Shown here: piece by piece, positions 15,337 through 23,863 of the stretch | How positions within the stretch are numbered: the stretch's first letter is position 1 | How the letters are laid out: the number at the start of each line of letters is the position of its first letter | DNA from: Desulfocapsa sulfexigens DSM 10523 | GTDB taxonomy: Bacteria > Desulfobacterota > Desulfobulbia > Desulfobulbales > Desulfocapsaceae | Reading direction: 5' to 3' | NCBI RefSeq assembly: GCF_000341395.1 | Contig: NC_020304.1 | Coordinates: 30,001 to 62,000, forward strand | Length of the DNA stretch: 32,000 nt | The notes under the pieces: model-generated | What the model was told of the DNA's origin: nothing | What the model saw: the letters and a program-made list of their open reading frames with translations, nothing else | The model's database searches: none | Made by a program: the position numbers and the translations under genes

Positions 15337-17418
15337 TCATTTCATTTCATTTATTATTTTCGTTAAGGGTTCCGCCGGATAGCTTAACGGTATCATTTTT
15401 TTATGTATCTGTATAAAAAGACTCGGCCCGTCTTCACGACCACTGTATATAATATGATGCCCCTTGATATTTCCAACATTTTTCCAAAAACTATTAAAGG
15501 GATCAAGGGGTGTATGGCCAACCACAAATGGGGTTCGTTTAGGAAGTCCAAGGCTTCTCCGAAACTGTTTCACATCCCTTTTCTCATAACCGGCTAAGTA
15601 ATGAGATCGCTTGAGCCTGTTCGTTAAAAGTTCATAACATATTTCAGGATAACTTCGAAGATTAATCAGTTTTTCGCGACTGAGTTCCTTCCGCGGAGGA
15701 GCTGCATGACACGCCACACAGGAATCAGTTTTCATTACAATGGGAAGTCCATTGTAAAACTTCTGCATCTCCTCGACATACTCTTCCCCCCGCAATTCCT
15801 GAAGTCTTTTCCGCATCAAAACCCCCTGAAAGACCCCGCTCTTTGCAAGAGAGTTATCAAAGCTGTCATGATTGCCGAGAAGATAAAAGAAATTTTCGGG
15901 AAAATGGCATTTCATTTTAAAAATCAGATCCATCATCAATATGGAGCTATCCATATCTTCCATCTCTTTTGGAAGTTCGGAATGAATTGCATCCCCAAGA
16001 ATAATGAGAGCAGCACGATTTGAGGCCAGGTGAGCAAGAAGGCAATTTTCATTTAGAATTTTCAGAAAATTATCTACCCGGGCATGGAGATCACCAACAA
16101 TCAGTAGTCTTAAATCATCGGGAAGCTCAAGGAGTGCACCAGATGCACCATTGTCATCTTTTTCCCTATAGGGCTCACTGGAAAGGATTGTATTGACCTC
16201 TTTGATACTTTCCATAGCCTCAAGGGGGGGCAGCATGGTGATGGATTCCCCATAGATTTCACGAATACCCAAAATTGCATTATAGCGATTCGTCCCGATC
16301 CGTTCCCGAATATCCTGTTCTCCACTTCGAACAATCTGGATCGGGGTATTGCCATCGAGGGGACTGATTCTTAAATCACCCTTGATATTCATAACCGTCA
16401 AATGTCTTTTCGCCACACTGTTCGGAAAATGAAAAATTTCATCATACTGGTGATTATCGCGACCGATGAGCACCCTTTCTCCAACTCGTATTCTGGCAAA
16501 ACCATTGATAGTATCAGCCGTACACGCCTTAGATGGAGAAATCAGCCAGTTTTTCTGAATATTCTTTTTCTTTACCCCGATGGGAATCTCCGGGTGAAAA
16601 ACAAGCTTCTGCTCCCCAATAATCATTTCAAATGTTTTTCCGTCGTGGGGAATACGACAGTCTTTATCGAGTACCTGTAATTTATCGGTTACTGTGAACC
16701 ACTCTATGGGGTCCCTGCGTAAAAGCAGAGACTTCCAACCGGAGAAGGTCTTCAGATCCCGTTGATGGTCAGACTCTTCTCTGGCCCATTTTGGAACATT
16801 GACGTCATCCTTCCCAGCTATTCGCATGGGGGGCTTATTCAGTCCGCCACGGACATACACCTGCATCTTTGCCTGATGCATATACAAGGCGACTTCACGG
16901 TAAATATCCACTTGACGAATGACCATCTCCAATGTCAGGTTTTTATCCACAGGGAAGTACCCTTCCTTATGTCGCTCCATACGCTGTCTGAATATAGTTT
17001 GAGGATCGGGAAGCAGAAACTCGAAAATATAACGGTTTCTCCAGTCTGTCTGGAAAAAATATTTTTTTTCAGGCGGAATCTGAATTTTTTCAAGCTCTAG
17101 AAATAAAGGCTCCTCCGCTTCCAGCCATTCCTTATCAAAAACAGTTAAGGCCTCGGAAAACCCTTTAAACGGAAAACCAAGGTGCACCTCGCGCGGCCTG
17201 TAGGTAAGTGTTTGATCTTTCCACCATCCCTTGCGGGTTAAATCCACATACCCTTCATTAGGCCAACCATGCACATGATTAATATAATAGGTCTTGCCAG
17301 CTCCAGGAGGACCGGTTACCACCAGTTGAACAAAATTCAGACGAACCGGCAGCTGCACACCACGTATATTCTGAAGATGTTCTATGGGGACAAGATTTTT
17401 TTTCAGGGGATCAAGCAT
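15337..17418 (-). CDS. Multidomain protein: N-terminal P-loop (kinase-like) domain, central FHA-like domain, C-terminal PP2A-like metallophosphoesterase (693 aa)
   Basis: Walker A VTGPPGAGKT; FHA-like VLIGRDNHQYDEIFHFPNSVAKRHLTVMN; phosphoesterase motifs LLIVGDLHARVDNF, LIILGDAIHSE, FYLLGNHDSF, VVGHTPLDPF. Confidence 0.8.
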   Translation of the reverse strand: MLDPLKKNLVPIEHLQNIRGVQLPVRLNFVQLVVTGPPGAGKTYYINHVHGWPNEGYVDLTRKGWWKDQTLTYRPREVHLGFPFKGFSEALTVFDKEWLEAEEPLFLELEKIQIPPEKKYFFQTDWRNRYIFEFLLPDPQTIFRQRMERHKEGYFPVDKNLTLEMVIRQVDIYREVALYMHQAKMQVYVRGGLNKPPMRIAGKDDVNVPKWAREESDHQRDLKTFSGWKSLLLRRDPIEWFTVTDKLQVLDKDCRIPHDGKTFEMIIGEQKLVFHPEIPIGVKKKNIQKNWLISPSKACTADTINGFARIRVGERVLIGRDNHQYDEIFHFPNSVAKRHLTVMNIKGDLRISPLDGNTPIQIVRSGEQDIRERIGTNRYNAILGIREIYGESITMLPPLEAMESIKEVNTILSSEPYREKDDNGASGALLELPDDLRLLIVGDLHARVDNFLKILNENCLLAHLASNRAALIILGDAIHSELPKEMEDMDSSILMMDLIFKMKCHFPENFFYLLGNHDSFDNSLAKSGVFQGVLMRKRLQELRGEEYVEEMQKFYNGLPIVMKTDSCVACHAAPPRKELSREKLINLRSYPEICYELLTNRLKRSHYLAGYEKRDVKQFRRSLGLPKRTPFVVGHTPLDPFNSFWKNVGNIKGHHIIYSGREDGPSLFIQIHKKMIPLSYPAEPLTKIINEMK

Positions 17419-17571
17419 GACTCTTAAAAAAACTAAGGTAAACGTGAAAAAACTGTTATATTACGCTATCAGTTAGTGGAATCTGTAATAAGGATATTGC
17501 TTATACAGCTTACCACGAAATTTAAACCCGGGTAAACCAGATTCTCTAAATTCTCAGTTCCTCCTTATCCT

Positions 17572-19413
17572 ATGTCAAAAATTCGTGTCCTTCCTGAACA
17601 ACTTGCCAATCGCATTGCTGCAGGTGAAGTGGTGGAACGCCCGGCTTCGGTTGTTAAAGAACTCATTGAAAACAGTCTGGATGCAGGTGCCACCAGAATT
17701 GAAATTGAAGTTGAGGATGGTGGGACACGACTGATCCGGATCATTGACAACGGTGAAGGCATGGATGAGGACGACGTCCTTCTCTGCCTGGAGCGCCATG
17801 GCACGTCAAAAATCCTCGCCGATGCTGATCTTGAGGCCATCAACTCCCTGGGCTTTCGCGGTGAAGCAATCCCTTCTATCTCTTCAGTCTCACGAATGAC
17901 CATCACTTCAAGGGAACAATCTGCAGATTTTGGCACTACAGCCGTTCTGAATTACGGAAAGCTTTATAAAATCCACGAAACCGGATCTGCACGCGGAACC
18001 ATCGTTGAAATAAGAAATTTGTTCGGAAACACTCCTGCCCGAAGAAAATTCCTCCGCACCAAACGTACTGAGCTGGGACACATTGATGAAGTTGTTAAAA
18101 ATTACGCCCTTGCGGCACCTCAGGTTGCCTTTATCCTCCGAATTGACACCAGGCAGACACTGCATCTGGACCATAGCCAGGGCCTTGCCCAGCGTCTTGC
18201 CACCGTTTTGCACTACAGCGGCTCTTTTATCGAAATCGGCTACTCCGAACCCGGTAGTTCCCTGCCACGCCTCAGCGGTCTTCTGGTGCCACCCGACTCA
18301 CCTCTGACCGGATCTGCCCGTATAAAAATACTGGTTAACGGGAGATCTGTTAAAGACAGGATGCTTACCCACGGCGTTGCTGAAGGATTACGCGGCTTTC
18401 TTATGAAAGGACGAAATCCCGCTGGCCTTCTCCACCTCCACCTTGACCCGGCCGACGTTGACGTTAACGTTCATCCAACCAAACAGGAAGTACGATTCAG
18501 ACGAAGCAGAGACATACATCAGCTTATCGTCCAGGCCATTCAGCAGGGCATGCAGGGGTATCAACAAACCCTGAAGAGTTCTTTTTTCAAATCTCCAGCC
18601 GCTGCAGTATCCCACCCCGAATCATCCAGCAAAGGAAAGCCCTACACCGCCCCTTCTGTTGTGCCACTTCAGACGGTAATCAAAACAGAAGAGCAGATTA
18701 AAACAGTGATACCGGAGACCTTTCCGACTGTCACCACATCTACTGCAGAACCGCTCCCGCAAATAGAAAGATCAACGACAACATCACTGCAAAACCAGTC
18801 GCCAAGACCGACCCCTCTGCCACAGGAACCCCAGGGACACGGTCTGAAGATTATTGGCCAGTACGACAAACTCTATATTTTCTGCCAGTCAAGCGACGGC
18901 CTGGTTGTCATTGACCAGCATGCGGCACATGAACGTCTGCTTTTCGAAAAACTCAAAAAACAATTTCTCAAGGGAAATATCACCCGCCAGACTCTCCTCT
19001 TTCCGGAAACCATCGAACTCTCCGTGGTAGACACCGCCAAGGTTGAACAGTACGGTCAGGAGATTGACAAGATGGGATTTACAATACGTGAATTCGGCGG
19101 TAATTCCTATGTTATTTCTGCAGTCCCCGCCCTGGGAAATCATCTTGCCCCTGCTGAACTGTTTTTCGATATCCTGGAACAGTTCGGTAGCCCGACAGGC
19201 AATCAACGAAAGGGCTCACTCCTCGAAGATGTTCTTGCCTCAATGGCCTGCAAAGCTGCGATAAAATCGGGAGATGCACTCTCATTAAAAGAAATCGAGG
19301 CACTCCTTGACAGCATGGCGCGTGCCGATCTCTTTTCCCACTGTCCTCATGGGAGGCCTGTACTGAAGCAGTTCACGGAAACGGAAATAAAAAAATGGTT
19401 TCACCGCTCCTGA
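17572..19413 (+). CDS. mutL: DNA mismatch repair protein MutL
   Basis: IRVLPEQLANRIAAGEVVERPASVVKELIENSLDAGATRIEIEVEDGG, GFRGEAIPSI, and C-terminal ACKAAIKSGDALSLKEIEALL...CPHGRPVLKQF. Confidence 0.97.
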   Translation: MSKIRVLPEQLANRIAAGEVVERPASVVKELIENSLDAGATRIEIEVEDGGTRLIRIIDNGEGMDEDDVLLCLERHGTSKILADADLEAINSLGFRGEAIPSISSVSRMTITSREQSADFGTTAVLNYGKLYKIHETGSARGTIVEIRNLFGNTPARRKFLRTKRTELGHIDEVVKNYALAAPQVAFILRIDTRQTLHLDHSQGLAQRLATVLHYSGSFIEIGYSEPGSSLPRLSGLLVPPDSPLTGSARIKILVNGRSVKDRMLTHGVAEGLRGFLMKGRNPAGLLHLHLDPADVDVNVHPTKQEVRFRRSRDIHQLIVQAIQQGMQGYQQTLKSSFFKSPAAAVSHPESSSKGKPYTAPSVVPLQTVIKTEEQIKTVIPETFPTVTTSTAEPLPQIERSTTTSLQNQSPRPTPLPQEPQGHGLKIIGQYDKLYIFCQSSDGLVVIDQHAAHERLLFEKLKKQFLKGNITRQTLLFPETIELSVVDTAKVEQYGQEIDKMGFTIREFGGNSYVISAVPALGNHLAPAELFFDILEQFGSPTGNQRKGSLLEDVLASMACKAAIKSGDALSLKEIEALLDSMARADLFSHCPHGRPVLKQFTETEIKKWFHRS

Positions 19414-19415
19414 TG

Positions 19416-19958
19416 CATTTTTTCCAGAAAAAAAAGACTCTCTTCCTCCTTATCCTTCTCTGCATGTTATGTAGTGCCTGCGCTAAACCACCCGTAAGCA
19501 GGTTAATGGAAACCACTGCCTATTGCGGCTGCTCAAAATGCTGTTCCTGGGAACGCGGATCCTGGGCCTACCTGAAGCTGGATTTCTGGAATCGGTACGT
19601 AAGTGCAGGAAAAGGAGCAGGAAGGGATTATACCGGACAGACAGCCAGCGGCTCCTATCCAAATGAGCCCGAAGAGGGCTTTTTCTCGATGGACACCATA
19701 CAGCGACCATGGATGATCCCGACCCGACTGATTTTCTTTCCCTGGTATTTTCTCCCGGAAGATGGAACCATAGCAGCCGATACCAGGTATTATCCTTTCG
19801 GGACACGAATGTATGTTCCAGGCTGGGGCTGGGGGGAAGTAGAAGATCGCGGCGGAGCTATTAAAGGACCGGACCGAATTGATCTCTACTTTGATTCCCA
19901 TTCGGACGCACTGCTGTGGGGACGACGCAAACTTTCAGTAATAATAGAGAAACCTTAA
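19416..19958 (+). CDS. 3D-domain-containing lipoprotein (MltA/YuiC-like cell wall domain)
   Basis: Lipobox-like LCMLCSACAK; TAADTRYYPFGTRMYVPGWGWGEVEDRGGAIKGPDRIDLYFDSHSDALLWGRR. The ORF track start is 19395, but MHFFQKKK at 19416 is a more likely start, just after mutL. Confidence 0.75.
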   Translation, partial: HFFQKKKTLFLLILLCMLCSACAKPPVSRLMETTAYCGCSKCCSWERGSWAYLKLDFWNRYVSAGKGAGRDYTGQTASGSYPNEPEEGFFSMDTIQRPWMIPTRLIFFPWYFLPEDGTIAADTRYYPFGTRMYVPGWGWGEVEDRGGAIKGPDRIDLYFDSHSDALLWGRRKLSVIIEKP

Positions 19959-19969
19959 AAAAACACACT

Positions 19970-21298
19970 ATGAAAAAACAACATATAAAAATTATAGGGG
20001 GCGGACTCGCTGGATGTGAAGCCGCATGGCAGGCGGCACAGCAGGGAATTGCCGTTCATCTCTACGAAATGAAGCCACAGAAATTCAGTCCGGCGCACAG
20101 CTCATCATCCTTGGCGGAACTCGTCTGCAGCAATTCTCTCCGCTCCAACTCCCCAACGTCCGCTGTCGGATTACTGAAAGAGGAGATGCGAATCATGGGC
20201 TCTCTCCTCATTCAGGTTGCCGATGAAACTGCTGTTCCTGCTGGCCAGGCTCTTGCCGTAAACAGGGAGGATTTTGCTACCAGAGTAACGGAGAAAATCA
20301 CTGCCCACCCTCTCGTCACCATCCATCACGAGGAGCAGACAGAACTCAATCCAGACTCTGACACTCCAATTATTTTAGCCACCGGCCCCCTAACCTCTGA
20401 AGCCATGACGGAATCATTGGTAAAACTCACAGGAAAAGAGCGTCTCGCCTTCTATGATGCCATTGCTCCCATTGTTTCCAAAGAATCACTCAACATGGAC
20501 ATTATTTACTCCAAATCCCGCTGGCAGGATGGCCCTGGAGATTACCTGAACTGTCCCTTTGACAAGGAAGAATACCTCGCTTTTATTGATGCACTGGGAA
20601 AGGGCAAGACGGTACCACTTAAGAGCTTCGAAGACGAGAAGTACTTCGAGGGTTGTCTGCCGATTGAAGTAATGCGGGCAAGGGGTGAGGAAACACTGCG
20701 TTTTGGGCCAATGAAGCCTGTGGGGTTGCGTAATCCCAACACTGGCCAGGACCCGTACGCGGCGGTTCAGTTACGCATGGAAAACAGGGAAGGAACTATA
20801 TACAACCTGGTCGGCTTCCAGACAAAGCTCACCTATCCTGAACAAAAGCGTATTTTCAGAATGATCCCGGGGATGGCAAATGCTGACTTTGTCAGACTTG
20901 GGTCAATTCACCGTAACACTTTTGTCTGTGCTCCGGAAGTCCTGGAGCCAGACCTGCAGTTAAAGAATGCTCCAAATATCTATCTTGCAGGACAGCTCTC
21001 AGGTGTTGAGGGCTACGTTGAGTCAATTGCAATGGGTATGCTTGCTGGACTCAATGCAGCCAGATCCATTTTGGAAAAAGTCGTTATTGCGCCACCACCC
21101 GAAACAGCCCTTGGGGCTCTTATAGGTCATCTCACCCGGTCAGATCCGAAGTGTTTTCAACCGTCAAATGTCAATTTTGGTCTTTTCCCTTCCTGGGAAA
21201 AAAAAGTTCCGAAAAAGTTGCGCGGAGAAAAACGCAATGAACAGTCAATGACAGCGTTGCACCTGTGGCGGGAGCAACTTGGACTGACACCAAGCTAA
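19970..21298 (+). CDS. trmFO: Methylenetetrahydrofolate--tRNA-(uracil-5-)-methyltransferase
   Basis: MKKQHIKIIGGGLAGCEAAWQAAQQGIAVHLYEMKP, LAELVCSNSLRSN, YIFAGQLSGVEGYVESIAMG-type block (NIYLAGQLSGVEGYVESIAMGMLAGLNAA). Start set to 19970 rather than the ORF-track 19916. Confidence 0.96.
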   Translation: MKKQHIKIIGGGLAGCEAAWQAAQQGIAVHLYEMKPQKFSPAHSSSSLAELVCSNSLRSNSPTSAVGLLKEEMRIMGSLLIQVADETAVPAGQALAVNREDFATRVTEKITAHPLVTIHHEEQTELNPDSDTPIILATGPLTSEAMTESLVKLTGKERLAFYDAIAPIVSKESLNMDIIYSKSRWQDGPGDYLNCPFDKEEYLAFIDALGKGKTVPLKSFEDEKYFEGCLPIEVMRARGEETLRFGPMKPVGLRNPNTGQDPYAAVQLRMENREGTIYNLVGFQTKLTYPEQKRIFRMIPGMANADFVRLGSIHRNTFVCAPEVLEPDLQLKNAPNIYLAGQLSGVEGYVESIAMGMLAGLNAARSILEKVVIAPPPETALGALIGHLTRSDPKCFQPSNVNFGLFPSWEKKVPKKLRGEKRNEQSMTALHLWREQLGLTPS

Positions 21299-21307
21299 TA
21301 GTACAAC

Positions 21308-22564
21308 TTACACATCCCCATTTTCTGTTTTTCCACGGAGTTTCCATATCCTTGCAAGTACCGGCGGATGGCTGTAATGGAAGAAGACCATCGCCGGATG
21401 GGGGGTAAGATTTGACAAATTGGCGACAGAGAGCTTTTTCAGCCCGCTAACCAGTGCTGCGCCACGGCTGGGAGAATCTGCAGCATAGCGATCTGCCTGA
21501 TACTCATGTTTTCGTGAAAGAACATTCACCAGAATTCCAAGAAGAAGATTCAGTGGAGAAAAAATAAAGGAAAAAATAATCAACGCACCATAAATGGAGA
21601 CATGCTCCATCTGAAAAGCTGCAAAGAGCTTTTCATTGCCAATAAAAAGGGAAAGGAGGAAAAAGAGGAGGCCGGTATGGCAAACAGAAATCACCATCAT
21701 TTTGAAGATATGTCGATGTTTGTAGTGTCCCATTTCATGGGCAAGAACGGCAACGACTTCATCTTCATCAAGTTTCTCAAGGAGGGTGTCGTAAAAGACG
21801 ATTTTCCTGAATTTTCCAAAACCAGTGAAAAATGCGTTGAGTTTAGTAGATCTTTTTGATCCATCCATGGTGTAGATTCCCTGGATGTTAAATGCAGCAC
21901 TTTTGGCAAACGCGAGTACCTTTTCCTTCAATGTTCCATCTTCGAGGGGAATAAATTTATTAAAAAGTGGCATAATCAGGACAGGCGCAAGAAATTGTAG
22001 AACAATACTGATCAGTGTCAGTCCTATCCAGCAGTACACCCAGGCAAGATCCCCAGCAGTCTCAAAGAACCAGAGGATTAGGTAAAGAACCGGCACTCCA
22101 AGAAGCACACTGAGAAAAAGTGCTTTTAGAATATCGGCACAGTATGTCTTTATGGTTGTTTTATTGAAACCAAATTGTTCTTCAATAACAAAGGTTGAAT
22201 AGAAACTGAAAGGAAGAGAAAGCAGGGAACTGAGCAAGAGGAGAAGAGCGATATAGACGACACCGCTGACAATTGATCCCAGTTGAAAACTACGAACAAA
22301 GAGATCAACCGAATTAAAACCTCCGACCAAAAGGAAACCAAGTACAAACAGGGTACTGACAGTAGATTCTATCAGGCCAAACTGGCTTGTCGCCCTGGTA
22401 TACTCCTGGGATTTACGATATTCCTCTCTATCAAATACATCCTGAAACTCCTTCGGCACCTCATTTAGCAAAGCCTTGATATTGAGGTATGACAAAAACA
22501 GTTCCAGAAGATAATTCCCGACAAGGATTACAAGTATAAAGAGCAACCAGCTATTCGTTTCCAT
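21308..22564 (-). CDS. M48 family (STE24/CAAX prenyl protease-like) zinc metallopeptidase
   Basis: VVAVLAHEMGHYKHRH (HExxH), NLLLGILVNVLSRKHEYQADRYAA, multiple TM segments. The ORF-track start at 22606 is a TTG inside a terminator T tract; METNSW at 22564 is more plausible. Confidence 0.9.
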   Translation of the reverse strand: METNSWLLFILVILVGNYLLELFLSYLNIKALLNEVPKEFQDVFDREEYRKSQEYTRATSQFGLIESTVSTLFVLGFLLVGGFNSVDLFVRSFQLGSIVSGVVYIALLLLLSSLLSLPFSFYSTFVIEEQFGFNKTTIKTYCADILKALFLSVLLGVPVLYLILWFFETAGDLAWVYCWIGLTLISIVLQFLAPVLIMPLFNKFIPLEDGTLKEKVLAFAKSAAFNIQGIYTMDGSKRSTKLNAFFTGFGKFRKIVFYDTLLEKLDEDEVVAVLAHEMGHYKHRHIFKMMVISVCHTGLLFFLLSLFIGNEKLFAAFQMEHVSIYGALIIFSFIFSPLNLLLGILVNVLSRKHEYQADRYAADSPSRGAALVSGLKKLSVANLSNLTPHPAMVFFHYSHPPVLARIWKLRGKTENGDV

Positions 22565-22597
22565 AGATTCAGCAAATACTTTGATTGTTATTCCGAC

Positions 22598-22639
22598 AAC
22601 AAACAAAAAAAGGCCGTTACAGTAAACTCTGCAACGGCC
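22598..22639 (-). terminator. Rho-independent terminator for the HAMP/heme sensor gene
   Basis: GGCCGTTaCAG (22612-22622) with CTGcAACGGCC (22629-22639); read on the minus strand it is followed by TTTTTTTGTTTG. Confidence 0.85.
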
Positions 22640-22662
22640 CTTCCCATCATGTACAGACGATT

Positions 22663-23574
22663 TTATTTCTTCTGTTCCTTACGATCTGGACAGGTACGTT
22701 TCAGCAACTTGTTGACACTGATCCGCATCCGGTCAATGGAATTAGCAAGTCCACCTATCTCATCGTTTGAATCGGTATGAATAGAATCACAAAGATTTTT
22801 ACCAATACTGATATCCTTGGCTGCATCTGACAGGTGGATAATAGGCGCCACAACCGATCTATCAAGAAAAACCCATATACAGATAATTGTTACCAGCAGA
22901 CAGCCAATACCGACAAAGAAGATCTTCATAGCAGACTGCTTGGCATCTGCAAGCGTCTTTGAAATGGAAATATAAATGATGGATGTTCCAACGGTAGAGT
23001 CCATCTTCCAGTTGTAGCCATTCTCAGTACCATAAATATCACGCTGATCAGCAGGGGCATCGGCAGGGTCACCATGACAGGTCAAACAAAACGCCTTATC
23101 GACCTTAATGGGCTTTGCTGTATAAAAATACTTTTTACCGTCCTTATCCATGACACCTTGCTGCTCGGTTGCTTGAGGATTGGAGGCAAAGTACTGAATA
23201 ACACCCTCCTCTTGCGCATTGGCTTTATTATCTGGCCAGAGAGGATCGAGAGTTGCCTGTTTGAAAATATATCCTTCCAGTGTTTCCTGAAAAATCTCAT
23301 ATTCCATACGATTGACAACAAACCTGGACATGAGCTCTGGTATAAAGGTGTCTCTATCGTCTATAAGATCTTTAATGAGAGGGTATTGGTCTTTACCAAA
23401 AAACGTGGAACTGGCTTCAATATAATTATAAATAATCTCGCCTTTGCTTTTAGCTTCAGCAATGGCACTCTGCCGACTGAGCATATAGCTTGTATACCCA
23501 ATGGCTATAGTCGCCAACAGACTCAATACTGTGATAATGATAATAAACTTTGACCGTATCCCCATTTCTTGCAT
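22663..23574 (-). CDS. Membrane protein with DUF3365/Tll0287-like heme-binding sensor domain and HAMP domain, no output domain
   Basis: N-terminal TM (IIIITVLSLLATIAIGYTSYML), KVDKAFCLTCHGDPADAP (CXXCH), YGTENGYNWKMDSTVGTSIIYIS, second TM, HAMP-like SVVAPIIHLSDAAKDISIGKNL...DEIGGLANSIDRMRISV, then ends. Confidence 0.8.
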   Translation of the reverse strand: MQEMGIRSKFIIIITVLSLLATIAIGYTSYMLSRQSAIAEAKSKGEIIYNYIEASSTFFGKDQYPLIKDLIDDRDTFIPELMSRFVVNRMEYEIFQETLEGYIFKQATLDPLWPDNKANAQEEGVIQYFASNPQATEQQGVMDKDGKKYFYTAKPIKVDKAFCLTCHGDPADAPADQRDIYGTENGYNWKMDSTVGTSIIYISISKTLADAKQSAMKIFFVGIGCLLVTIICIWVFLDRSVVAPIIHLSDAAKDISIGKNLCDSIHTDSNDEIGGLANSIDRMRISVNKLLKRTCPDRKEQKK

Positions 23575-23614
23575 CCTCCATACCTTCGTTTTTCCCTAAC
23601 AAGTTTTTCATTAC

Positions 23615-23638
23615 TACTTGCTGAATTTAGGGCAAGTA
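23615..23638. promoter_or_regulatory. 7-bp inverted repeat in the divergent intergenic region (candidate operator)
   Basis: TACTTGC (23615-23621), tgaatttagg, GCAAGTA (23632-23638). Confidence 0.35.
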
Positions 23639-23863
23639 TAGCACCTCTTCTTTTAAATGAAAGCAAGAAATCGAAAAACTTATTGTTTTTTCAGGACCTT
23701 CAAAGCAATAAACGAAATTCTTTAACTGCTCCATTCTCTCCCTCTACACGCCTTTCTCCTTGACAAACATGCCTAAGCTCTACTAAAAATAGGTTAGGAG
23801 AAAGGAAATTCTTTGATTAAGAATAGTTACCATATGAATATGAAGTTTCTTCGGGGAGAAACC

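Noticed and set aside
19916-19969. ORF-track start of trmFO at 19916
   Set aside because: The first 18 residues overlap the upstream gene and are not TrmFO-like; the FAD-binding N-terminus starts at MKKQHIKIIGGG (19970).
22565-22606. Extended N-terminus of the M48 protease (ORF-track start at 22606)
   Set aside because: This TTG start lies in the T tract of the upstream gene's terminator; METNSWLLFILV at 22564 is more plausible.
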